Assembly (NCBI GenBank): GCA_047967505.1
Contig: CM106538.1
Length of the DNA stretch: 64,000 nt
DNA from: Dipteris shenzhenensis
Taxonomy: Eukaryota
Reading direction: 5' to 3' (one strand)
The translations under genes were made by a program, and so were the position numbers. Numbering within the stretch: the first letter of the stretch is position 1; the number at the start of each line of letters is the position of its first letter. Under the pieces are notes generated by a model. That model saw only the letters and a program-made list of their open reading frames with translations. It had not been told where the DNA came from and did no database searches. Below, piece by piece: positions 39,461 to 51,120 of the stretch.

Positions 39461-41299
39461 TAGCTTTTTACAATTGGCATCAAGTCATCCTAAAGCATTA
39501 TGCATGAATTTATGTTGTAATTGATCAATCTTCAAGTCCATAAGAAAAAACATGTTATATATGTCTGTATGGCACATATTTTTATTCATTTGCAATAAGA
39601 GCATTGTGCATGGAGTCACATCATGGTTGATAAATCTTCAAGTCTACAAGAAAAATATATTATATGTGTTTATATGGCATCTACTTTTGTTCTCCATTAG
39701 TGCTAGACTTCATCATGGTTGAGTATGCCCTTCAGTGTGGGGATGTCATAGTAGCTAGTTCTTGCTATGCGTGATGGAGTTTATGGTTTTCAATCTTATG
39801 AGTGACTATCATGAGATTGAAACTGCACTATGCTGTGTTTTTAAAGGACGAGATTGATAATGTTCTTGGATTCATCTAGGTATACACTTTTGTGCCTTCA
39901 TCAACTGAGACACAAAAATCATCACAAGTATAATATGGAAACTTGCAAATACTCACAGTTTGTAGCTTCCCCTTTCGAGAGGAGGGTTTTGTCTTCAATT
40001 TGTAGGGTATACCTTTTCCATTTTCAAATGATTTCTTGCTTTCAATATTCACTTGCAATATTGAGCCCTTGATTTCCTCTCTAGTCATTGCGGTGTTAAA
40101 TCCTCTCTAGAAGCATTGCCATCAACTATTTTTATCTCTTCTACATGTTTTCATGTAAATGTTGAAGTCAATGGTGTTAAAAATAGTAGCACAGACCCTT
40201 CACTTATGGATAACATGAGATGATAGATTTTTATTAATCACTCTTCCCACACCCCTAGTGCTACCGCAAGAGCACTTACGATGTATTGCAATGAATATCA
40301 AGAGTGACAAACTTGTCATCATAGAATGTTTTCTTACTGCCAATAGGTGTATGTCTTATCCCCTTGAAACAACATATAGGAACTCCTTCTGCAATAGGTG
40401 AAATCAACTTATTACTCATAGCCTTTCCCTTTTCTAAATACCCTTTGCAAGGACACTTACTATTAGGCTTCATTCTCCTTATAGTCCATAGTGTCTATAG
40501 TCTCATTCACATTTGTCCCTATTCCTTCAACTTCTTGGGATCTCTCCACTTGTAACTATTGTCTTACTACTTAACTTGTCACATAAACATGCTTAGAGCA
40601 ATGGCTATCACATTCCCCAATTGATGTGATGGAAGCCACACACTTTCACCTAATTGTTCTTAGCTCCCGAGTCCCCATGAAGGCATATTTATTGCAATCC
40701 TATTCACTTGCATTGCTACATTCTTGGGAAATATAGGAGGTTTTTCTTCTTCAATCACCCTCTTTAAAAGATAATCTATTCTTGGACCATGTCCCACAAG
40801 TTGTCCTTTCAAGAATATATTGTAGGGTGGAGATTTGCAAGAGGGATGTCTCCATGTCACTAATTTTTGTAGTTGCATATACTCTGATCTTTTTATTTTG
40901 ATTCTCTACTGCCACCACAGGTGCTTCCAAACTTGTATATTCATCACCCACTGCCTGCCAAAAAAAAGAGTGACACACTATTTAATAGTTTTATACTTTA
41001 TTTCAAAATTGGACTAAAGAAAAGTCACTTATCTGGTTTTAATATATCTTTCAAATTAGAAAACTAGTAAAAAAATAAAGACGTGCTAAGATTAATCAAA
41101 ATACTTCCTATGACTACTATACTCCCTATGATTAACCAAATAATTACTATGAATAATTCTATAATTAAACTATCTTTTAAAACAAAAGGTATGCTTGCTA
41201 TGAATAATGCTATGATTAAGCTACGTCTGAAAACAAAAATCATACTAGCCATGAGTACTATACTTTCTAAGATTTATTAAATAATTGAGCATCTACTTC

Positions 41300-41870
41300 C
41301 ATAGAGTAATTATATTCCTAAGGGCATCAATAGATGACTTGTTCCTTTGAGAGGTTGTGCACATATACATATTCCTTGGTGTACAAATATGTCATTTAAG
41401 TATAAAAATGAACTTATAAATAATGTGAGTAATTATACTCCTAAGAAGTCAATAGATGACTTGTTCTCTTATAAAGGTTTTGCACATATATACCTTCTTA
41501 AAGAAGATGTAAAAGTACATGTTCTTGAAGAAGATGTAAAAAAAAACCCTTTACATGCAAAAAAGAAATCATAAACAAAATCATAAATAATGAGTAGTTA
41601 TGTTACTAAGAACATAAATAGATGACTTTCTTCTCTTGGAGAGGTGGTGTACATATATTTTTACACCTTCTTGATGTAAAAATAAACCCTTTAGGTATAA
41701 AAACAAACTCATAAACAATGTGAGTAGTTGTGCTCCTAAGGACATTGATAGGTGACTTATTCTCTTAGAGAGGAACTGTTCTCATATTTTTACACCTTCT
41801 TGGTGTAAAATAAACCCTATAAGTATAAAATGAAACTCATCAACAATGTGAGTAATTATTTTCCTAATAA
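41300..41870. repeat. Array of 4-5 diverged ~120-165-bp tandem repeats
   Basis: Recurring atagatgactt...ttggtgtaaaa...taagtataaaaa..aaactcataaa.aatgtgagta, with units starting near 41331, 41454, 41619 and 41749. Confidence 0.85.
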
Positions 41871-42096
41871 CATCAAACACTATATTAGTAATTTTGGAAA
41901 AATCCCAAATCCCATTTTTTTAAATCCCAAAAATCAAAGGCGTTTTGGAAGAAAATTAATAGAAAAAATCATATATTTAAATATGTATTTGAGTTTTAAT
42001 TTGGCTAAATATTATATCACTCCAATGAAATATTGACAACACTATATCATTATATTCAAATATAAAAAGTGTTTTGTTTTATGTGGAGGATACATC

Positions 42097-42660
42097 TTAA
42101 AAATTGTACTCACAAAACAACTCCTCTCCTGCATGGATATCTCTAAGAGAGTAGACAACAATAAACCCTAACATATCAGTAGGTAAAACATCCCGTTTGT
42201 CTTCGATCCAAGGTGATACTCTAGGGTCATATACATACATAACATTTGTTCTATCCTTACAATGAATAGAGCTATTGATGTATCTAGCTACGTTACCATA
42301 CAACACATCTCTTACGATGTGTTACGTATCCTCTTTTGGTGTAGTAACATTTGGATCTTCGAGGAGGCCATAGGTCCTAAACCTTGGAAGGTAAGAGCAA
42401 AGAGTAATCCAACTATAGTAATCATACTTTGGGCCATTGAATATCAAAACGTCTTTCTTTGCTTTTACATCCATATGTACAAACAAGCCATAAGCTGCTC
42501 CTGTAATCGATGATGTCTTCACTTCAAATTCAACACGATTGAGCTTGAATATACAAGAAATTGGTATCGGTAGATCTTGATCCCACAAGCCATTCAAATT
42601 AGAATCAAACTGAAGAATTATTGTATTCTTCAATTCTTCCAGCATGTCTTCGAACCCTAT
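42097..42660 (-). pseudogene. SET-domain lysine methyltransferase exon
   Basis: FEVKTSSITGAAYGLFV...KEDT*HIVRDVLYGNVARYINSS...IVVYSLRDIHAGEELFCEYNF*. The two listed ORFs are in one frame split by a single TAA. Acceptor ttttatgcatAG near 42657. Confidence 0.85.
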
Positions 42661-42769
42661 GCATAAAAGAAAAAGAATGATGAATTATTGAATAGTTACA
42701 CATAGATAATGAGAAGGAAAGGAAATTACAAAAATGATGCATCACAAATAAGCAAATAATATGAGTAAT

Positions 42770-43852
42770 TACCATTCTCAAAGATTTATTGCATGTTTAA
42801 TGTAAGTGAAGCTTGTAGTCTTGTTATGTACACTTTGGCAGAAGTATTGATCATAACCCAATTTCAAGGCATACAAACAAGCTTGCATCTCATTCAAAGA
42901 ATTTAGCTGCTTTATCCTCTTCAAGAGATCTAGTTTAGAAGAATCCAAGGTAGCTGGGCATGTTTTGAGCTCTTGTTCTTGGGCTTTTGGTGATTGTTCC
43001 TTATCTGGCTCACAAGCATCTCCCCTTCGATTACTATGTTGGACGATCTCAAAATGACTTGAGCTGGTTGAACTAATCTTTTGGCTTGGAGCAAATTCCT
43101 CCAAGAAGTGTTTTATGTACTTCGTAGTAGTGAATTCCCACTCCAAAATCACTTCTTTGAAATACATATATTGATGATGATTTGTATGTATTGGTTCATT
43201 TCCATAATGATCAAGCTTGATAATATTTCTTATATCTGATGCATCTCTCAATCAGAGGAGATAAGGGAGAAGTTCAACATTCAATATGTCATCAGTCACC
43301 CATGTCAAAAGTATCTGGATATATACCATTTTCTTTCGGGTTTACAAAGCCCTCAAATGGACAATCATCAATAAATAAGGTGTTACTAGGATTAAACTCT
43401 TTCTCATTTGCCCAAATGGCAAGCAAGGGCTTAAACATGCATTGAATGCCTGGCTTGTCCGGTCTATTTAATATCTCTGTAAGTGATTTGTAGAATTGAT
43501 CTTGCCCCATAATTTTGTAGAACGGAAATTGTTTCACTGCAAGCTTCTCCATCAAATGAACCATGTAATTCACATTCTTGATTATCTCATAGTTAACCAT
43601 AGGCACACATAAAGTGCTCAAACAATCTATCCAAGAATTGAACACATCCATTTCGAGCACAATCCATGTTCTCTTATAAATTTATATCCTTTTATGTTTA
43701 TCGGAAGGTTTAGTGGACTTGAGGAGAAAAATTCCATTCAGGTCAAGTACAAGTAATTTCTTTGTTCTCATAGATGGAGAACATTGAATGTGTTCCATTG
43801 AATCATTTGATTTTTCTCTATGTAGTATTTCTATATGCAACGGATTTCCATC
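42770..43852 (-). pseudogene. FCP1/NIF-type HAD phosphatase exon plus linker
   Basis: KKLLVLDLNG, RNGCVQFLDRLFEHF, FNPSNTLFIDDCPFEGFVNPKENGIYPDTF and LLPYLL*LRDASDIR...YGNEPI match the plant NIF (NLI-interacting factor) family pattern. Confidence 0.85.
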
Positions 43853-44529
43853 TGTATCATGGCATGCAAAAGTATCAAAGTGTGAAGTTAGGATTCAATG
43901 AATGTTGTCCATGCTTATATTTAAAAATGTGAGCTTAAATCTACATTATATTCTCTCATTTACATTGACAATGGTAACCTAAGTATTTTGGTGTATTAGA
44001 TTATATCTCCAATCTTCACAAGGGTCTCATCATCAGAGGACACGATTTGTATTTACTAAGTTAAAAAAGCATTGATCATAATCCAAATGCAAATCCGACA
44101 TTACATTTCCATACACAAATCAAAAGTGAATTGTATGTTATATTTCTGAACAAAAGATCGGCTTTACAATCGATCTCAACATCTCATAGTCCACCAAGTG
44201 GGAGATGTTAAGATCGATTATAAAATCGATATTAGTCTTTCATCTTACTCTCATGCTCTTTGTGTGGGAGTTCATAAGATCGATGTTCTTAGCCTCTCAT
44301 ACTAAAAGACAAGATCGGATTCAAAACCGATCATATCCTCTTATTGTTGGTAAAGGATGACAAACTAAGTTCAATAATCATTCTTAGTTACCTAATAATA
44401 TAGCAATTACAAAATCTACATGAACAATTCAATTTTGGAAGCATTAAGAAGTTCCAAAGATGCATTGCAATCCAAAAGATATATTTATATAAATGCCTCT
44501 AAAATCACTGAAGATTTATGATTTTTGAC

Positions 44530-46050
44530 CTACTTTTTTGGATGCGAATATCTACTGGGCCATTTTCTCAATATCCTCAAGGGTTTATTGGTCCTGTACA
44601 CTTGTCAGTCCTGCCAATTATGGCTGAGTTGAAGTCTGCATGTTTGCACCGTGCTATTCCTATCGATTTTTTGTAGTTTCATCCTCTAGGTTTGCCCATA
44701 CTCTCAACTCTTTAGATGCGGAGACTAGATCTAAGCATCTGCCATTCACTTCAATCTCATCTTGATTCCTGGCTACAAATGCAAGTGTCTTTCTCTTTAT
44801 TTTCAATGACTCTATGGTGGCAATTCCCTCTGTGAAGACATAACCAACACATTGATCTAGCCGATAGAAGTACTCAATGAAAGAAGAGATAAAGTTTGCA
44901 TTCTACAAATGTTTGGGGGCTTCCTCCTCATCAATATCTCCACTGTTCTTGGAGTCCTGTTATACAATCCAAAACATACAGATGGCTTGGTCATATTCTT
45001 CTTTAATTGATTTATCATTGCATCACAAGATTCTTTGTAAACCACACCCAAAACAACCAAATATCCAAGAGCATATTTAAACAAAGAATCTTGGGAAGAT
45101 TGTGTCATATGCACCCACTTGATACTTGAATTGCAATTGTAAGCCTTTGATTGCTTCCAATAAATAGGATACTTTTTTTACCAAAACAAAGGCAAGTAAT
45201 CCATATTCAGGTGCTTCGTGTGTTATTTCATTTAGCATTACAAAGAATCTTTCAAAGAAAGACACATTTACACTCTTGCTCCAGTGGTGCCTACGTATCA
45301 AGAACAACTACTCCAATTTGTCATTCTTTTGTGTATCTGTTCACACTCTCTAGTCCCTCTAACTTGCCTCCCACATTTATGGTCTTCCATGGCATTTCAT
45401 TCACACTTTGACTAGAGGTACCAAATTTAGAGTTATGTATCCAAGTAAGGAATGTCAAAGCAGTTTGAGGTAGCATTACATCTGTTGTCTTGTTGGGATT
45501 TAAGCAGTCTTTCAACCACTCGTTGCAATATCCAAATATAGTTTGATACCTATCATCGGGTGATGTCATAAAATAGTTTCATCTCCTCCCAACTCTTACC
45601 TAGATTGACTTGTGACTTTTCCTTGAAGAAAGTAGCAATCTTTGGCTGAAGGACTTTGTCACTTTTCATTTCCCAACACCTTTCATCCATGGTTTTGATG
45701 CTTGATGCCTTGGAACCAGATAAAATCACATTTTTCTCTAAGATTTCATGCTACAAAGTGGATATCATAGAGTTCGCCATGCCCAACAAACATCGGAACA
45801 TTGTCGGTCCTAGTCTTTTAGTGCCCTTTGCTTGATTGATTTCTCCCACTTTATAGAAAGTAGAAATTTGTGTTGTGCTCATCTCTTGGACCGATACTTG
45901 ATCCTTTTGATTTGGCAAATTTCCCTTAACATATCAATGCATGATATCCATCCATCCTTGGAAGAGATCATCTGAACATATAATCATATGAACTTTTTTT
46001 TGGTTGAAACTCTTTCCAAAAGACAAATGCACAGTATCAATAAAGTCGTG
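44530..46050 (-). pseudogene. Large exon: helical region followed by a divergent N6/N4 methyltransferase-like fold
   Basis: YVKGNLPNQK..MFRCLLGM..SWEEMK, then QIGVVVLD, FFERFFVMLNEI..YGLLAFV and NANFISSFIEYFYRLDQCVGYVFTEGIATIESLKIKRKTLAFV. The last segment aligns by eye with the motif X/I/II region of the 12-kb methyltransferase. Confidence 0.5.
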
Positions 46051-46239
46051 CATAACACCAATATAGCATATATGACACATTGCTCTCAAGATCGGTTTAA
46101 AAACCGAGGTTACACAAGGAAGAGAAAGCAGAAACAACAACATGGAATCACATACTTCTCTTGAGATCGGTTTTAAGACCGATCTTGTACAATTAATCTT
46201 TAAATACTTCAAGCCAGCTCCTAAATTGTGTGACCTCGA

Positions 46240-49200
46240 GGACAGCCATAAATATTCATCTATCAATGGATGGGAAGTCAAATCCTTATGCTCAACAAGT
46301 GCTTGCAAGCACATATAACACATCCACTACAACTTTCAAAACTCTTTCACCTTGCCTCTAACAAAACATGTGTGCCTTAGGATCTATGGAGCACTCTAAG
46401 GTGGATGGAACCTATGTGGAGACATGATGAAGAGAGTGCTCATGACATGTACCTCAAGTCAATTAGGTTCCAAGAAGATTAGCTTGGACTCATAAAGAGA
46501 ATCTTGAGATAGTGCAAAGTGCTTGATTTATATTACTTCAAATGAACCTCCCTTTTATAGGTGAGGGTACTTACATCCATATGCTTGCTCACATGTGGGA
46601 TATCTCCTCCATGCCATGTGGTAGCTTTCCCTTTACTCATACCTTTGCTCTACATGTGCTCATGGCACCACAACTCTTAACACCTCCCCTTGGTGCCATG
46701 ATCCTTTGGCTACTGCAAGGTGGTCAGATGTGAGTTAGAAGATCAAATCCTCCCCTGGGTGCTTACATAGCTACTCTCAAGTGGTCAGGTTTGATTTACA
46801 AAATATAGGCAAGGTTGACAAGATTTTTGTTTCTCAATGCTTCATGTTGATGGCGTTTGCTTCTTCGCTTGACGTAGCTGGATGCATGATGCTTTGTTCT
46901 TCCATGTGCCTTAATGCTTTATGTGTGGATGCCATGTTCTGTGCTATGGTCATCTCATGCACTTGTGCTTTTGGCATGCTTATGACAATGATGTGTACAT
47001 TCATGCTTTGCCTTTCCATTTGTTGCAAAGGTCTTACCAATTGATTTATTTCAATATTGGTAGTGTCTAATTGCATACAATGATTCTGACTTGACAGGCA
47101 CATAGAGCTCAAAAAGACGATCATTTTTCCTTTTTGGAGCACATACAAATTCTTCCTGGATTGGAGGCTTATCGAAGTTTCTGTGACGAAGGGAGGCAAT
47201 TAACACTGTATTGGAGAATTTGGGAATCTCCCAAGTCCCACTTTCAAGTAAAGGGTTAAGATTTAACCATGTGGCCAAAACTTGAATCCTAATTTGAAAG
47301 TGGGACTTGGGAGGATTCCCTAATATGATGTTTAGGATGGACTCCACGTTCAAGTAATGGGTTTAAATTTGACCATGTGGCCAATTCTTAACCATATTGG
47401 GAAGTCCCAAATTATTTGAAAATTCCCATATCCCCTAATATAGTGTTAATTGATGATGTGGCATAGGCTGTTCATATGGAGCTTACAAATTATGCTTATC
47501 AAGAAGCTTGTGAGCTTAGGTGGCACTTGGTGATGTGGCACTTTTAACTAACCTTTACCCTAATCATGGTGGGTTGAGTTGACTAGACCAAGGTTAGGTC
47601 ATATCTGCCATGTGGGCATAATCTAACCATAGGCTTAATTAAACCACATGATGAACCCAACCAAACCTTAGCTTAACTACACACGCCTTATGTGCCACGT
47701 GTCCTATGGAAAACCTTGTGAAAGGCATCACTTTTGGAGAAGGTATCTGCCACCGTCGTGACCGCTAGTAGAGGATCAGTCGTGCTGGAGAGAAGACGGG
47801 CTGTGCTTCAATTTGTTGGTGTAGAGAACTTTGTCTATGGGTCTGTAGATGTTGCTGGAGCCTAGAGGCCATAGGCTGGCATTAGTGGCATGGAAGCTGT
47901 GCTGGTGGCGATGGCTGGTGGAGGCTAGAGCTCAGGGAGTCATTCATTAGGAGCATCTTGCCGGACATTTGGCTTAAGCTAGGAAGCGATGGAGCTAGGA
48001 GCCGTTGCTAGTTCCTTGTCTAGAGGAAGGCTACTAGTCGTGAAGTTGGAAGCCTTTGTGAAGAACTTGTAGCTCTTTTGAGCTATAGAAGCCGTTGTGT
48101 GGCGGACGGGCCAGCTTTGCCATAAGCTTGCTGAAGGCCTTGAGGATCTTTGGAGTTGTGGAGGGCTGTAACCGACAGCATTGTGAGATCTTGGTGGACG
48201 AGCTCCTCAGAATCTATTGCAGTAGGTTGTGGTCGATGTCCATGCTTTTCAAGACTGCATGCAAACCTTCGGTCATTTGAGTCATGTTGTTGGAGTTTTG
48301 GCACTGCTATTCATGCACCGTGAGGCTGGATCTAGTCGCTAGAGAGCATTGGTGCATTGCAAAGTTGAAGCTAGCAGATGGCAGGCAAGCTTGATGAAGG
48401 AGTAGCTTGAAGGGTGCCAAAGTTGGGCAGCCGCTTGCTGCTATTCATCGCAAACAATGAATGAGTTGCCTTGAAGGCCAGTGTTGGGCCGTGAGCATTG
48501 TAGCAGTCGAGGGAGATGCCACTTTGGTCATTGGAGAGGCATAGATAGCTTGGTCATGCTGCAGATTCGTCTTGTTGGAGAAGACTTGGCTGAAGCTGGT
48601 GTTCGGCGTCAGGGGCTCGTTGATGGAGGCTTGCTTGCCTTGGAAATTCACTCCTCCCAGTAGCTCAGCCCTTGTTGTTGTCGAGCTACCCAGCTCCCAT
48701 TTTTGACTGTGCTCTCTATAAGTATTGACTCCTTTTGAGTCTCGCATAGCTCATCTCATTAATCCATTCAGGTTGGGGAACTATGGCAGATGACCAGCCT
48801 GTTCTAGAGGCCTCAATGACTGTCGAAACCTCGGCCCATGAAATGCCTCCAAGTGATGGAGTTTCCAAATGGCAGAAGAACTCTCACAATATATCTCTCA
48901 AAGAAAATACTCAAGGGACTCTCTTGCTCTCACAGAATAAAGAACACTCAAGCTCACAATGAATCTCTCATGAAATTGATGGACGGAAAATTTCTCTCAA
49001 GGGACGGAAATTTGTTCTCAATCTAAAACTAAAACTAACCTACGAGAAAAACATGAGCTCCTAAGACATGCCTACAACTAATCTAGGAGACTAGACCTAA
49101 GCTCTGATACCATGACAAAACATGTGTGCCTCAGGATCTATGGAGCACTCTAAGGTGGATGGAACCTATGTGGAGACATGATAAAGAGAGTGCTCATGAC

Positions 49201-50650
49201 ATGTACCTCAAGTCAATTAGGTTCCAAGATAGATTAGCTTGGACTCATAAAGAGAATCTTGAGATAGTGCAACATGCTTGATTTATATTACTTTAGAGGA
49301 ACCTCCCTTTTATAGATGAGGGTACTTACATCCATATGCTTGCTCACATGTGGGATATCTCCTCCATGCCATGTGGCATCTTTCCCTTTACTCATACCTT
49401 TGCTCTACCATGGCACCACAACTTCAACAGCCTCTTGTTACAATTAGAAAATTGTGGATCGAAGAACAAAAACATATATGTTTTTGCATACCTTTCTTTG
49501 CTGGTGGCTAAGTGGGTTTTCTTAATGATAGAGATGGGTTTCTTAATGGTTGTCATACCCATGAAGATATTGATGCATTGTTTTGCCGTCTTTCAGAGCA
49601 ATTGAGGACAAATCATTCTCTCACTCTAGCACATCTTATGAAAACCTTCAACGAGTGAACAGGCTCAAGGCCTGCCCCATTTATGATGATAGAGGTTCCA
49701 GAATTTAAAGGGTTTATTGATGGTTACTCATGTGAACGCCATGATAAACTTATTGGACATTTAAAGCCACTGCATTTTTGTTTTTTCATACAAGATGACA
49801 TTCCAGTAATGTAGTACAAAATGAATCACATGCAAGATCATTGGATGCCAAAGGGTGGTGGCATAGAGTTGTGGAAAAGAGATATTCTTGGAAAACCTTT
49901 GTTGCCAATTGGGGAACCAACAGTGCTTCCAATGTGTGAGTACTTAAAAGATAGTACTCAAGTGGTGAATGGCATAAAGGACTATATAAAATATTGGAAC
50001 AAGCATCGCATTGACAAAGGCTCACTGGATCCTTATTCTATATACATTACGCCAGTGATACGGTATTGGGAAAACATGATCAATGCATTGTTAGAATTTG
50101 CATCAACTATGCAAAGTCAAGATATATGTACAGGCTTTTGGCCATAGACAACACATGCAACAGAATAGAACACCAGCACCGAAAATGAAGGCTTCATGTC
50201 TTTAAAGGCATTGGAAGACCACTACTGTGGTCCACAATGTAACAAGACAAAAGATACATTCCAACCTCTTATAGATGTAAAAAAGGGCGACTTTGTTCTT
50301 GTGAGGCCAAGCGACAATATATATCCAATTTGGTTGGGTGAAGCCGAGTCAGACATTGAATCCAACACTTCCTCTAAAGAATACAACATGGTATTGATAA
50401 AATATTGGGCGCCATGTTCTCTAAGAAGAATGCAAGTGAGGAAGAAGTGTATGCAAATTGTTGGGAGAAATTTTGGATGTGCAATGACAAAGATGCTACA
50501 CGTTGGGAGTAAGCAGACTCAATAGTATGGAGTTGGACACCGAAAGGAGGGAAGAAGCCCAAGAAGATCAAAATTCCACCTACCATGTGTGAGAAAGCAG
50601 AAGCAAGCGTAGAAGGGGCTGATCAAGTAAACGACAAGAGTGCAGATTGA
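46240..50650 (+). mobile_element. Sola1-like DDE transposase relic, split by an LTR insertion
   Basis: Removing 46359-49434 gives KTLSPCLLLQLENCGSKNKNIYVFAYLSLLV..FLMV-HTHEDIDAL, i.e. the LQLDNCxxxNKN...GHTHEDID motif. The C-terminus reads DVKKGDFVLVRP..PIWLG..YWAP. Confidence 0.8.
46359..49429 (-). mobile_element. Complete non-autonomous LTR retroelement (TRIM/LARD-like), 3071 bp
   Basis: LTRs at 46359-46682 and 49113-49429. TSD GCCTC at 46354-46358 and 49430-49434. Met-tRNA PBS at 49100-49112 and PPT complement cctcccct at 46683-46690. No recognisable gag or pol. Confidence 0.92.
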
Positions 50651-51120
50651 GCTAATGCTCAATGGTCTTAATAAGGTTTTGTTTTGTTTAAATAATGGCT
50701 TGTATTGAGTAGTTCAACTCATTGTCTTGAGCACTTTCATGTGTTCAATTCTTGGAAGTTGGCCTTGAGCTGATACTCAATGGTCTTAAGGTTTTGTTTT
50801 CTTTAAATAAGGGCTTGTATTGAGTAGTTCAGCTCATTATCTTCCTATTGGTTGAGCACTTTCATGTGTTCAATTCTTGGAAGTTGGCCCTGCGCTAATA
50901 CTCAATGGTCTTAAGGTTTTGTTTTCTTTAAATAAGGGCTTGTATTGAGTAGTTCAGCTCATTGTCTTCCTATTGGTTGAATGTGTAATAATTATCATTG
51001 ACAATGCCATGATGATGACAACAAGCTTAGCTTCAGCTCATTGTCTTCCTATTGGTTGAATGCGTGACAATTACCATTGACAATGTCATGATGATGATAA
51101 CAAGCTTAGCTTCACTTTGG
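50650..51120. repeat. Tandem repeats downstream of the Sola1-like transposase (three ~120-bp units, then two ~78-bp units)
   Basis: ctcaatggtctta..ggttttgttt..tttaaataa..gcttgtattgagtagttca occurs three times. Confidence 0.85.

Noticed and set aside
45934-46323. 129-aa ORF as a single real exon
   Set aside because: It is a composite. Only about 45934-46050 continues the cargo frame, the middle is intron-like palindromes, and the far end is antisense to the Sola1 transposase.
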